Source: an uncultured Anaeroplasmataceae bacterium (GTDB taxonomy: Bacteria > Bacillota_I > Bacilli_A > Acholeplasmatales > Anaeroplasmataceae). Taken from it: 64,000 nucleotides of DNA. The position numbers and the translations under genes were made by a program. The notes beneath the pieces were generated by a model, which saw only the letters and a list, made by a program, of their open reading frames with translations, searched no databases and was not told the origin of the DNA. The DNA lies in NCBI GenBank assembly GCA_948619685.1, contig CAPGOD010000002.1, positions 1-64,000 on the forward strand, in the 5' to 3' direction. Positions 20,298-29,326 of this stretch are shown piece by piece; positions within the stretch are counted from its first letter, which is position 1; each line of letters starts with the position of its first letter.

Positions 20298-21119
20298 TTA
20301 ATTATTCTCCTCATTTACAACTACGTTCTTAGAGTCATCCATCGCTTTCATAGCCCTCAGATATGCTTCAGCCTGAATTGCAATTTGTTCTTCACGTTTC
20401 TTAGCTGCCCTACGTTCCTTATAAGCAAGTCTCTTAGCACGTTTCTTCTCAATACGTTCCTGTTCAGCTTTCTCATCAGCCTCTTTTTCTAGCTTGGCAT
20501 CATAAACCTTCATTCCACGCTTAACTGCATTGTTATAAACAGATGACCCGCCCATAATCTTCTTTGAAATGCAGATTGAAATTGCGGACTCCAGGCTGAA
20601 TGTATCTGGTTCCCTACATACAGACTTCTCTTTTGTTCCATCAGAAAAAGTTACCTCTACAACCTTGTTTGGTACAATGATGTTTACATCTTTAATTTCA
20701 GGAAATTTAATTCTATCCTTATCAATATGTACCTTATAAGTTCCTCTCAATAAATTTTCATAATAGTTGAAATTTGTTGGCATAATATTTTTCTCCTTTT
20801 CATTCATAGAATCTGGTGTACATGTTACTTTTTCAACCTTCACTCCTAATAGTTGCTCTAATACTCCATCAACTTCGTCAATCAATAACTTTCCTTTCCA
20901 ATTTTTGCTATTTAACAATGATCCGTTATCTTTAAAATATTTATATTCTTTAACAGTCATCGGTTGAAGAATCTTAGCACCAATAAGTCTTGCTTGATCT
21001 AAGATGTGTTTTGAATTATATGCTGTTAAAATTGGCCCCCCTGTTCTTGCTGATTCTAAAATCAAATCATATGTTTTACCTTGTCCTCTTCCTTTGCAAA
21101 TAATTTCTATATTTACCAT
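20298..21119 (-). CDS. P-loop protein with basic coiled-coil tail
   Basis: GRGQGKT Walker-A-like near N-terminus. Confidence 0.45.
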   Translation of the reverse strand: MVNIEIICKGRGQGKTYDLILESARTGGPILTAYNSKHILDQARLIGAKILQPMTVKEYKYFKDNGSLLNSKNWKGKLLIDEVDGVLEQLLGVKVEKVTCTPDSMNEKEKNIMPTNFNYYENLLRGTYKVHIDKDRIKFPEIKDVNIIVPNKVVEVTFSDGTKEKSVCREPDTFSLESAISICISKKIMGGSSVYNNAVKRGMKVYDAKLEKEADEKAEQERIEKKRAKRLAYKERRAAKKREEQIAIQAEAYLRAMKAMDDSKNVVVNEENN

Positions 21120-21293
21120 CTCCTTTTTATTTTTGTATACTATATTTTGTGTCTATAGTGCTATTGCTCTTCTATATATTGTCACAAAATATCAATGAAA
21201 CGTGGGTTCTATTGCTTCTTCTTTATCACTATACTATCTTTCTGAACATTTATAATTGCATTAGATAACTCATCATTTCTTCCTTCTATTTGC

Positions 21294-21454
21294 TACTCTG
21301 TCTTACTTCCTGAATTATATTTTCCACACATAGCTGCACCAACAATAATTTTAGGCTCTGTATTTCCACCATAACCAACGCCACACAATGTTGGTGAAAT
21401 TCCATCTGGAAGATATATTCTTCTCCTTATTTCATGCCCACTACCATCAATCAT
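21294..21454 (-). pseudogene. fragment resembling the SPTL/GG block of a C5-cytosine methyltransferase
   Basis: ENRLLCIGMIDGSGHEIRRRIYLPDGISPTLCGVGYGGNTEPKIIVG reading just downstream of the intact C5-MTase gene. Confidence 0.35.
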
Positions 21455-21492
21455 ACCAATACACAAAAGTCTATTTTCACCACAAGTAGAAT

Positions 21493-22830
21493 CTACTTCA
21501 CTTGTGGTTTGATAAAATTTTCTTGATACCTCTCATCAGTACAAATGTATGTATTATCATATTGGGCCTTATATAAGTGTTCCGCTAGTAACGCACAACA
21601 ATTTGTGATTATCCCATTTCCAGCTTGTTTATATAAATGAGTATCTGCAACGCCTATTTCTCTTGCTTTATCACAATCTTCGAATGTCAGTCCCATAAGC
21701 TTCCAGCATTCCCTTGGAGTAAGTTTGCGAATACCTAACTCTGTTTTATACCATCCAGTTTTCGCTCCGCCTCCTCCTGCTTCAGACTTCAATGTTCTAG
21801 CAATAGTAGTAGAATATACCCTATTTGCATCGCCGTTATAGTTATTAAGATATCCTATTTGCTTTAGCGTATTTTCATCATCGCCTATCAAATCTATTCC
21901 CCTTGCATTTTTATACATACTTGCAAGTAATGTAGCAGAATATTGAGCATCATCTTTTATAGAGATTTTACTATGATATCCTTGTCCATTATTATATAGT
22001 CTACTGACTGTTTCTGAACTAAGGTAATATTTATCTTCTACTTCTTTCTCTAAAATATTTTTTAATCGAATGCCAACATCAAATGGTTTAGGAAAAGTAT
22101 ATCTTCCTTTATCAATATCTTTTCTAACTGAAATCACAAATACCCGTTCTCTTGACTGTGGAACCCCACAATCCTTACCATTAATGACTGACCAATATGA
22201 ATTAAATCCTAATTCATCCAGCACTTCTAGCAAGTCCCTGAAATCATTGATAAATTTCTTACTCACAAGATTTTTTACATTCTCAAACATTATATATTTG
22301 GGAAGTCTATTATTATCTTTTGCTTTACTAAGAAGTCTTATATTTTCCCATAGCAGACCACTTCTTGTTCCACTCTCGGGATTCAATCCTTTCATTTTTC
22401 CTGCAACACTGATATCGGTACATGGAAATGAACATGTCCAAAAATCTGCATATGATAATTCTTCAATCCTGCTGATATCACCAAGATTATGCACCAGTTT
22501 ACAGGCTAACCAATATTTCTCTAAATCATTTTTCTTTCTCTTTATTAATTTAAACCAATCAAAATATTTGTTCTTTTCTGGCTCATATCCCAAATTAATA
22601 TCTGTAAGATATTGTGCCATCTCCTCTCTTGAAGGATAACCCACATATGTATCGACCATTTCATTTGTCATGTCACAATGAATTGCAGCATATGACAAAA
22701 CTGATTCTTTGCTTATATCAGACGTATTCAATACCTCAATATCAAATAAATCAGAATCTCTAAATCCTCGCTCCTGGCATCCAATCCCAGAAAATAAAAT
22801 ATTTGCTATTAATTTTACCTTTTCTCTCAA
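21493..22830 (-). CDS. DNA (cytosine-5)-methyltransferase
   Basis: FSGIGC (motif I), SFPCTDIS (IV), ENV (VI), QSRERVF (VIII), RKLTPRECWKLMG (IX), GNGI (X). Confidence 0.8.
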   Translation of the reverse strand: MREKVKLIANILFSGIGCQERGFRDSDLFDIEVLNTSDISKESVLSYAAIHCDMTNEMVDTYVGYPSREEMAQYLTDINLGYEPEKNKYFDWFKLIKRKKNDLEKYWLACKLVHNLGDISRIEELSYADFWTCSFPCTDISVAGKMKGLNPESGTRSGLLWENIRLLSKAKDNNRLPKYIMFENVKNLVSKKFINDFRDLLEVLDELGFNSYWSVINGKDCGVPQSRERVFVISVRKDIDKGRYTFPKPFDVGIRLKNILEKEVEDKYYLSSETVSRLYNNGQGYHSKISIKDDAQYSATLLASMYKNARGIDLIGDDENTLKQIGYLNNYNGDANRVYSTTIARTLKSEAGGGGAKTGWYKTELGIRKLTPRECWKLMGLTFEDCDKAREIGVADTHLYKQAGNGIITNCCALLAEHLYKAQYDNTYICTDERYQENFIKPQVK

Positions 22831-22894
22831 TTATATTTAGGAGTAAAGACAGTCTTTAATGCTGGCCAGCAAACCTCTTACTCCTTTCTTTATA

Positions 22895-23586
22895 TCATTT
22901 CTTCAAACTGTTTATATATTCTTCTGAAATATCAACAATATGTTCACATAATGCCTTGGGGTATATTGCTCTTTCAGTCGCATTTTTCAATCCTTGCGTC
23001 CCTGTCTTACTTCCTCTTGGAGCCGCAGCATGATCGGGATTCCCATTGTGGCACATTGGTAGAAAATTAGGATTTGGATGATTTGTCCAGATATCCGTTG
23101 GTTTCATTCTGCGTTCAGAAGCTGGTTTATCTGTTTCATACTTACAATAGCAAATTGTATACCTTGGTATATTTTTCATCCATGTCATCTTACGGAGACC
23201 ACCCCGTGGATTTTCAATGTAAATTATTTCTGGGTTCAGTTCTTTCACTAATTCCAATACATGTTGATTTACTCTATCGCATTTCTTCGCATATTCACTT
23301 ACAGGGTCAAGATTACCAGTTATGGAATTCTTTTTTCTATGATGAGAAATTGCCGCTATAGAGTAAGATGTACAATCAAAAGCAATCCAAATGACATTCG
23401 GATGCCCAAACTTTTCCAAAATCATATCTGCTGTTAGTTCTTCAATATCAATATGTAGGCTACTTGGAAATTTTTCATCCCAATCAACTGTAAAACATTC
23501 ATGTCCTCTTGCTCGGAATGCATTTGATATACACTCTGTTCCGCTAAATAATTCTAATACTTTAATTTTTGTTCACCATTACTTAG
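22895..23586 (-). CDS. C5-methyltransferase-like protein; start in a different frame because of an A5 homopolymer
   Basis: ORF gives ...FDCTSYSIAA...IIYIENPRGG... . Upstream, in frame, it reads KIKVLELFSGTECISNAFRARGHECFTVDWD, but TGA precedes it. ATGGTGAACAAAAATTAAAG would give MVNKIKVLELF if the A5 run were A4. Confidence 0.5.
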
Positions 23587-23676
23587 TAGCTGCGCAGCTT
23601 TCTTCACCAGTGAACATTTGTATCCTTTCTTTAATTCTTATATTTTGCCATTTATGACAATAAAAGATTTATTTTA

Positions 23677-24054
23677 TTACCACTCTATTGTTTCTCCAAT
23701 AAATTTCTGAATTAATTCATTTATATTACTTGGATATGTTTTTACTACATAATCTGTATCAAGTATTATCTTTGTAATGACATTATTATCATCAAAATGA
23801 ATACCTCCAACCGTGCCACCAGGCACTCTAATAGCAAGGCACTTTTGATTTTTGCACCATTTATTTGCCAATATGTAATGATAAAACATATCGTAGTGAT
23901 TGTTTCTTGAAATACCTGAAACTTCGTCTAATTCTTTTGTCAAATCACACCTATACTCTTCCATATAGGATATACAATGTTCTAATTTCATTTTGTTCCT
24001 TATTCTGCTTTTTGTCAGCCGTATTATAACTGCCCATACACATGCTAGTTTCAT
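23677..24054 (-). CDS. hypothetical protein
   Basis: 125-aa ORF. Confidence 0.4.
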   Translation of the reverse strand: MKLACVWAVIIRLTKSRIRNKMKLEHCISYMEEYRCDLTKELDEVSGISRNNHYDMFYHYILANKWCKNQKCLAIRVPGGTVGGIHFDDNNVITKIILDTDYVVKTYPSNINELIQKFIGETIEW

Positions 24055-24328
24055 TCAACGCCGCCGGATTTGACTACTTCTAATGCAACAGCCACTCCTC
24101 TGGCATAACCTTTTGCTTCATCAAATTGTAATGGATTTTCTTTTGCGCATCGTTCCTTTTCTTTATCAGCAAGTCCTAATTCTAACCGCAATCCTTCCAC
24201 AACCTTATCACGTCATAGGCGGTAGGCTGTTCTTCAATCGCCTGTTCCAGATTTGGTGTCACATCAACCAACACATTGTTTCTCAAAGACTGCATCAATG
24301 CACTTCTGCTAATCAAATCACCGCTCAT
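24051..24328 (-). pseudogene. small gene split by a frameshift (~49 aa + ~52 aa)
   Basis: MSGDLISRSALMQSLRNNVLVDVTPNLEQAIEEQPTAYDV then, shifted frame, DKVVEGLRLELGLADKEKERCAKENPLQFDEAKGYARGVAVALEVVKSGGVE*. Confidence 0.25.
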
Positions 24329-24545
24329 TTTTCCTTACCTCGCTCTATTTTCCCGCCAATTACGGAGTCTTCCAGTTGCTCGGAAATCCCATTTTATCAT
24401 CATGCAACATACAATCCCCATGCCTGCCACAAAAAACACAATACCTGCAAGTTTCCTTATTTTCATCACCACCAAAATCTTGCTGTTCGCAATATTTTTT
24501 TATTTCTTTCGCAATATGTAATGGTATTTTAAAATCCATATTTCC

Positions 24546-25034
24546 CTATCCTTTCTTATCCCTTAATTCTTTCAATGTGGCTTCGGCTTCTTCTCTGGCG
24601 AGGAAGACCGTCTTGCCGAAATCCTCATATTTGAATTCCCACGAACCAAAACATTTTGATGGAATGGCGGCATATTCTCCCTGAAATCCATGATAATCGT
24701 TCCACCACTCATTTATACGGCATATCTTTCTAGGCTTTACATCACCATCTTCTACAACGAAAATTTCCTGACCTATCATTATTTTTTGGTACTTATCTTC
24801 TAGTTTCAGCAGTTTCCCTTGTTCCTCAAGGTCTTCATACGCTTTTAGCCTTTCCACTATATTCCTGTATGGATTCCCCTTTGTCACAAATTCCGGCAAT
24901 CCAGAACAATTATTCGGATAGCATACAGGAAATCCATTTACTAATTCAGCTTTTGTCAATCTCTCCATATTTCCCTTTCCCTCCACAATCCCTCTAAGAT
25001 TATTTACATCGAGCATCCATTTCAATTTTGTCAA
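24546..25034 (-). CDS. hypothetical protein (TTG start)
   Basis: 162-aa ORF. Confidence 0.45.
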   Translation of the reverse strand: MTKLKWMLDVNNLRGIVEGKGNMERLTKAELVNGFPVCYPNNCSGLPEFVTKGNPYRNIVERLKAYEDLEEQGKLLKLEDKYQKIMIGQEIFVVEDGDVKPRKICRINEWWNDYHGFQGEYAAIPSKCFGSWEFKYEDFGKTVFLAREEAEATLKELRDKKG

Positions 25035-25284
25035 TATACATCTGCAACGCCTTTTTAACTACCATTTTTTCTTCTTCATACATGAGCATTGGCACTTTCA
25101 CATTTTCAATTGCTCCAATAACTGTTTTCGCAAAATATAATTCCTTGTTCTGATTTTCCATTTCATTTTACCTTTACATAATGCCCCTAAATCCCATAAT
25201 GATATTGTACAGGAGAGTTGAGGAGCTGTAACAATCAAATGTTTCTTCTATTGCCTTTTTGACATTCATAGTAAATCACACAAC

Positions 25285-26520
25285 TTACGCTGCATTTATA
25301 ACTATAGGGGTTAGAACACCCTCTATCCCATATCGCTCATTGAACGCATTTGGGAATACCTTCATCATAATTTGTAATGATCCGTTTACATCACTATTGA
25401 TAAGCAATCCCGAGTTACTTCTAAACAACCCTCTTTCTATCCGTCTTGACTTATCGTAATTCTGTTTAATAGTTTCTTCTCCATCTAAGAAACTTGTTCC
25501 TGAAGAATAACTCTCCTCAGTTTCAATATATTTAATTCCAACATTTTCACATTTATATTTGAGTTGCTGTAACAACATCTGATAAGGAATACTCACAAAC
25601 TTCTGATTGCTTTGTTTACCCATATCTATACTCTGTTTCCATTCCTTATTCTTGCCAACAACCAAAGTATCAATGTCATTTTTCACACACCACTTCACTA
25701 CACAAGCACTTGCATTGTGCATATAGTTCTTGATCCTCTGATATCTTTTAAATGTAATAGAATCCAGTTTCTTAGACCAGTCTTTTCCATGACGTATTTT
25801 CAATAAAGATTTTTCTTTCGCCAATCGTTTGTTATAGTATTGATTGATACTTTTGATTCCCTTGCCGTTAATAATAATTGGATTCAAACCGATATTATTT
25901 GTCATAGTTACAAGATTATCTACACCCAAATCAATACTTGCTATGCGATTGCTTTCTGTTTTTACATCTGGAACTTCTGTTTCATAGACAATTTCCATTA
26001 CATAACAGGAACCTTTTGGAATAAATCTGACTTGAATGATTCTGCCAAGGCAGCGACATTTCCATTCATAATCATTAAGTAATCTGTTCCTGATATAAAC
26101 CGTTCCTTTTTCATAGTCATAGACCAACTGATTATTGGGAATCATCCAAGGAAACCTACCGTCCTTTTTTAAATACTTTGGCAACTTAGGCATACCAAGA
26201 TATTTTGACGGATTATTCTTCCAGTCTTTTATTGCTCTGAAATAGGATTTCCAGTTTTTATCTAAAACTCTTAGAGTACAATTCGCTGGTTGACTGAATG
26301 TAAGTTTGTAATTTTCGTGTGTCTTAAATTCAAAATTCATTTTGTTATATGATATATATTCTCCGTTATTTATGAATTTCTGTCTTATTTCATAATTTGC
26401 TTCATTGTAAAGATTCTTAGAATGAAAACACTGTTGATCTATAACTTTGAATTTTGGATGATTCTTTCGTATGATTATTTGCTCACGCCTTTCTACTTTT
26501 ATTTTTTCACCTCCAATCTT
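25285..26520 (-). CDS. tnpB: TnpB-like (IS605 OrfB / RuvC-like) protein, solo, with degenerate RuvC-II and no zinc-finger cysteines
   Basis: RuvC-I is ASIDLGVDNLV. The position of the usual VIEDLN reads LVVGKNKEW. The usual YTSQ.C..CG...C..CG reads ESYSSGTS...RSNSG. The C-terminal block is INSDVNGSLQI. The frame stays open 58 codons upstream of the first ATG (KIKVERREQIIIRKNHPKF) back to a TAG, with a GGAGGTG RBS but only ATA/ATT as candidate starts. Confidence 0.55.
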   Translation of the reverse strand, partial: KIGGEKIKVERREQIIIRKNHPKFKVIDQQCFHSKNLYNEANYEIRQKFINNGEYISYNKMNFEFKTHENYKLTFSQPANCTLRVLDKNWKSYFRAIKDWKNNPSKYLGMPKLPKYLKKDGRFPWMIPNNQLVYDYEKGTVYIRNRLLNDYEWKCRCLGRIIQVRFIPKGSCYVMEIVYETEVPDVKTESNRIASIDLGVDNLVTMTNNIGLNPIIINGKGIKSINQYYNKRLAKEKSLLKIRHGKDWSKKLDSITFKRYQRIKNYMHNASACVVKWCVKNDIDTLVVGKNKEWKQSIDMGKQSNQKFVSIPYQMLLQQLKYKCENVGIKYIETEESYSSGTSFLDGEETIKQNYDKSRRIERGLFRSNSGLLINSDVNGSLQIMMKVFPNAFNERYGIEGVLTPIVINAA

Positions 26521-26551
26521 CTATCAATGAAACCTTCGATTCATAGCCTTT

Positions 26552-26839
26552 TTATGGCATAAGAATAAACTCAGCCTCGATTTTTACTTTTCCACAAAAT
26601 CCTTTGTAATGATCATTAATTGCATCGACTATACTTTGATTACTACAAGAAACGGAAATACTTTCCAAGATAGTATCATCACAACCATATAGAAGATTGT
26701 TTTTAACAATAGAATCAATAGATGCCATAAGATGATTTACATTTTGCAAATAATTTATTTTATGTATCTCATGATAACCACCAACACATTCTCCATCCTT
26801 GTACATTGAATTACAAGTTAAAATCTCAACATTTTTCAT
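26552..26839 (-). CDS. hypothetical protein
   Basis: 95-aa ORF. Confidence 0.4.
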   Translation of the reverse strand: MKNVEILTCNSMYKDGECVGGYHEIHKINYLQNVNHLMASIDSIVKNNLLYGCDDTILESISVSCSNQSIVDAINDHYKGFCGKVKIEAEFILMP

Positions 26840-26882
26840 AATTAATTTCTCCTTTTCCCAGGTTAAAACGGAAATTTTATCG

Positions 26883-27278
26883 CTATATTTTTATCTTCAC
26901 TTCATAATTTTCTGAGTTATGATACTCCATTTCAATTTTTAATCTTGTGAACTTATCAAGATTATATTTCTTAGCAACTCTAATCATCATCATTCTCTCA
27001 TATTGAGCATATAATTTATTTCTACATTCCTTAATGATATTTTCTGCTTGTTTCTTATTTCTACAATGTTGCACCAAAGAATATCCCAATCCAAACGCTG
27101 GTGCTTTGTTATTATGAAAATCAGATATGATGATATCATATGGAGAAACAGGTTTATTAAAAACAGAACTCCAATTAGTTGATAAATCACAAGCCATCAT
27201 TATAGCCATTTTTTCGTTAGATAATTCAAAATGTTTACCTTCCGAATTGGTAATAAAGATTGATACTTTGTTAGCCAT
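26883..27278 (-). CDS. hypothetical protein
   Basis: 131-aa ORF. Confidence 0.4.
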   Translation of the reverse strand: MANKVSIFITNSEGKHFELSNEKMAIMMACDLSTNWSSVFNKPVSPYDIIISDFHNNKAPAFGLGYSLVQHCRNKKQAENIIKECRNKLYAQYERMMMIRVAKKYNLDKFTRLKIEMEYHNSENYEVKIKI

Positions 27279-27314
27279 AATTCCTCCATATTTTTCATCT
27301 ATAAAACTCGTGTT

Positions 27315-27548
27315 TCATTTCCTTTTAAGTTTCTTATATAAATTATCCCAAAATATCGTCCATACTGCACACCAACAAACGAATAATCCCACATTAATAT
27401 CTGCGGTTTCCCATTTATTAATATAATAGATTACGATAAATGTTATGATGAAAATTAATCGAATTAAGTCTCTCAATTTATTACAATATCCAGTATATAA
27501 AGCAGGTGTTCCAGCTAATATAAATGAAAACAAAATATATTCCATCAT
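27315..27548 (-). CDS. small membrane protein
   Basis: 77 aa, two hydrophobic helices. Confidence 0.35.
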   Translation of the reverse strand: MMEYILFSFILAGTPALYTGYCNKLRDLIRLIFIITFIVIYYINKWETADINVGLFVCWCAVWTIFWDNLYKKLKRK

Positions 27549-28588
27549 TTTTCTCCTATAAATAATTTTTCTATATATCTATCCATCTCATATCCCAATT
27601 TCACACAATTGCCATGTGATATATGATTTTTCCAAGCATTGTAACTCTCATAAAATTTCTCTTTGCTAAGTTTTCCACACCTCACTAATCCAACCATTTT
27701 CTTAAATTTCTTTTTAGCGGCACGTTTATTTTCGTTCTTCAGCTTTCGGATTACTTTACCACCTGAAGTCACATATGTATGAAAACCACAAAATTTGATT
27801 CCATTTTTAAAAGGAATGACCTGAGTCTTACTGTTTAATTCAAGACCTAATGAATACACAAACTCATAAATAGCTGCTAAACACCATTTCGCATATTCTT
27901 TATTTGGCACTATCAAATAAAAATCATCCATATATCTACCATAGTATTTGACGCCGAGTTCACCAGTAATAAAGTGATCCAAACCTGATAAATATAGAAG
28001 TGCGAATACCTGACTGATCTGATTACCTAAAGGAAGTCCTAATCCCTCTGTACTATTAATAAACTTCTCACATAACCAATATACATCCTTATCTTCTATA
28101 AAATAACCCACAATAGCTTTCAAAATATTATGGTCAATATTATAAAAGAATTTACTTATATCAGCTTTTACAATCCAACAATCATATCCATATTTTTGAT
28201 ATGCAAGAAACATTTGCGCTCTCAAACAATCCAAACCATACAGTGTACCTTTACTAATCTGGCCAGCATAATTCGTTTGAATAAATTCTTTATTAAATTT
28301 TGGAATCAATACATTATCACACAAACTATGCTGAATAATCTTATCTACAAATGAACACGACTTAATGACCCTTTCTTTTGGTTCATATATTGTAAATTCA
28401 TTATATTTAGATACTTGATATGTCTTTGTTTCTAATCTTCTTTTTATTTGGTGAATGCCATCAAGAGCAACTACTTGAAACTTCTGGCTACTTTTTGAGA
28501 ATCCTTTACTTGACTTAGATTTTAAGTATGCTTGATACAAATTGCCGAAATCTATAATTTTTCCAAAATCTGTTTTATCTTCTATCAT
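27545..28588 (-). CDS. diversity-generating retroelement reverse transcriptase
   Basis: RT motifs are IVKADISKFFYNIDH, LPLGNQISQVFALLYL and YGRYMDDF (YxDD). LPLGNQISQVFALLYL has SQ instead of SP in motif 4, as in DGR RTs. Size is 347 aa. TR, avd and a VR-bearing target lie adjacent. Confidence 0.8.
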   Translation of the reverse strand: MIEDKTDFGKIIDFGNLYQAYLKSKSSKGFSKSSQKFQVVALDGIHQIKRRLETKTYQVSKYNEFTIYEPKERVIKSCSFVDKIIQHSLCDNVLIPKFNKEFIQTNYAGQISKGTLYGLDCLRAQMFLAYQKYGYDCWIVKADISKFFYNIDHNILKAIVGYFIEDKDVYWLCEKFINSTEGLGLPLGNQISQVFALLYLSGLDHFITGELGVKYYGRYMDDFYLIVPNKEYAKWCLAAIYEFVYSLGLELNSKTQVIPFKNGIKFCGFHTYVTSGGKVIRKLKNENKRAAKKKFKKMVGLVRCGKLSKEKFYESYNAWKNHISHGNCVKLGYEMDRYIEKLFIGEK

Positions 28589-28707
28589 AATATTTTGTTC
28601 CTTTGTATTTATCCTGGCATTTTTGATTCAGGAAAGGTTGCCTATTCTTTTGAAATCGGGACTCTAATTTCAGTGTTTCTCTTACTCTCTTTCGTCTTCC
28701 GATCCAG

Positions 28708-28790
28708 AACGGGCGGACACCTTTGTCATAGTCACAGTGGTTGTAGTTCACGTTGCCATCAGAGTTGACATACTGAACATAGTGGCCATA
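28708..28790 (-). repeat. DGR template repeat (TR)
   Basis: ~83 bp nearly identical to 29327-29409. All ~20 mismatches fall at plus-strand T, which is coding-strand A. The track ORF 28575-28793 is just this repeat read through. Confidence 0.7.
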
Positions 28791-28807
28791 CAATAGACAA
28801 CCTATAA

Positions 28808-29176
28808 TTATCTTTCTTTATCTTTTGAACGCCATGCAATACTCATGTATTTCACATCATTTATTTGTTTCTGCCAATATCCAACTGTATCACTTCCAAT
28901 CAAATTAAGTTTCATAGAAAGTTCCACATAACAGGATAGTTTATCACAGCACGAAATTGCTTTTGTTTGCAACTCTTGGCGTTCCGATTTTGAAGTATCC
29001 AATTTCAGCCTATTTGCATCAAGTAAATATTCATATATATCCATACAGCGACTTTGGATACGTTTTACCAATGTCAAATGCTTAACTGGATACCTCTTTC
29101 GATTTGATGTAATTGTCATAGTATATTCCATAAGATTTATTGCTTTTACAATAACATCCAGTTTCGCTTCGCTCAC
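28808..29176 (-). CDS. avd: DGR accessory variability determinant (Avd-like four-helix-bundle protein)
   Basis: 122-aa basic helical protein located between target and TR, as in mtd-avd-TR-brt cassettes. Confidence 0.55.
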   Translation of the reverse strand: MSEAKLDVIVKAINLMEYTMTITSNRKRYPVKHLTLVKRIQSRCMDIYEYLLDANRLKLDTSKSERQELQTKAISCCDKLSCYVELSMKLNLIGSDTVGYWQKQINDVKYMSIAWRSKDKER

Positions 29177-29183
29177 TGGTTCC

Positions 29184-29326
29184 TCCGCTCCTTTCAGTCG
29201 CTCACCGGCAAGTCACGGCAAGGGCTTACGCCCTCGCCTGTTCCCTGGCCAACCCTCCATGTTCCGCAAGATAAAAAGATTTAAGATTATCCAATCTTTC
29301 GCTACGCTCAAGATTGAAGGATGAAA
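29184..29326 (-). repeat. GC-rich conserved 3' element downstream of DGR target stop codon (copy 1)
   Basis: >95% identical to 58175-58321; contains GCGAGGGC-GTAA-GCCCTTGC hairpin. Confidence 0.55.

Noticed and set aside
24083-24532. Plus-strand ORFs of 60-190 aa, e.g. 24083-24532, 38282-38815, 22070-22639 and 18233-18724
   Set aside because: They lie antisense inside better-supported minus-strand genes or in regions with no RBS, and they have low-complexity composition.
26990-27190. Nested minus-strand ORFs (26990-27190, 15533-15751, 59710-59898)
   Set aside because: They are fully contained in longer same-strand ORFs in another frame.
28575-28793. 72-aa minus-strand ORF (MYGHYVQYVNSDGNVNYNHCDYDKGVRPFW...)
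   Set aside because: It is the DGR template repeat read as protein, an Asn/AAC-rich copy of the VR. TRs are non-coding.
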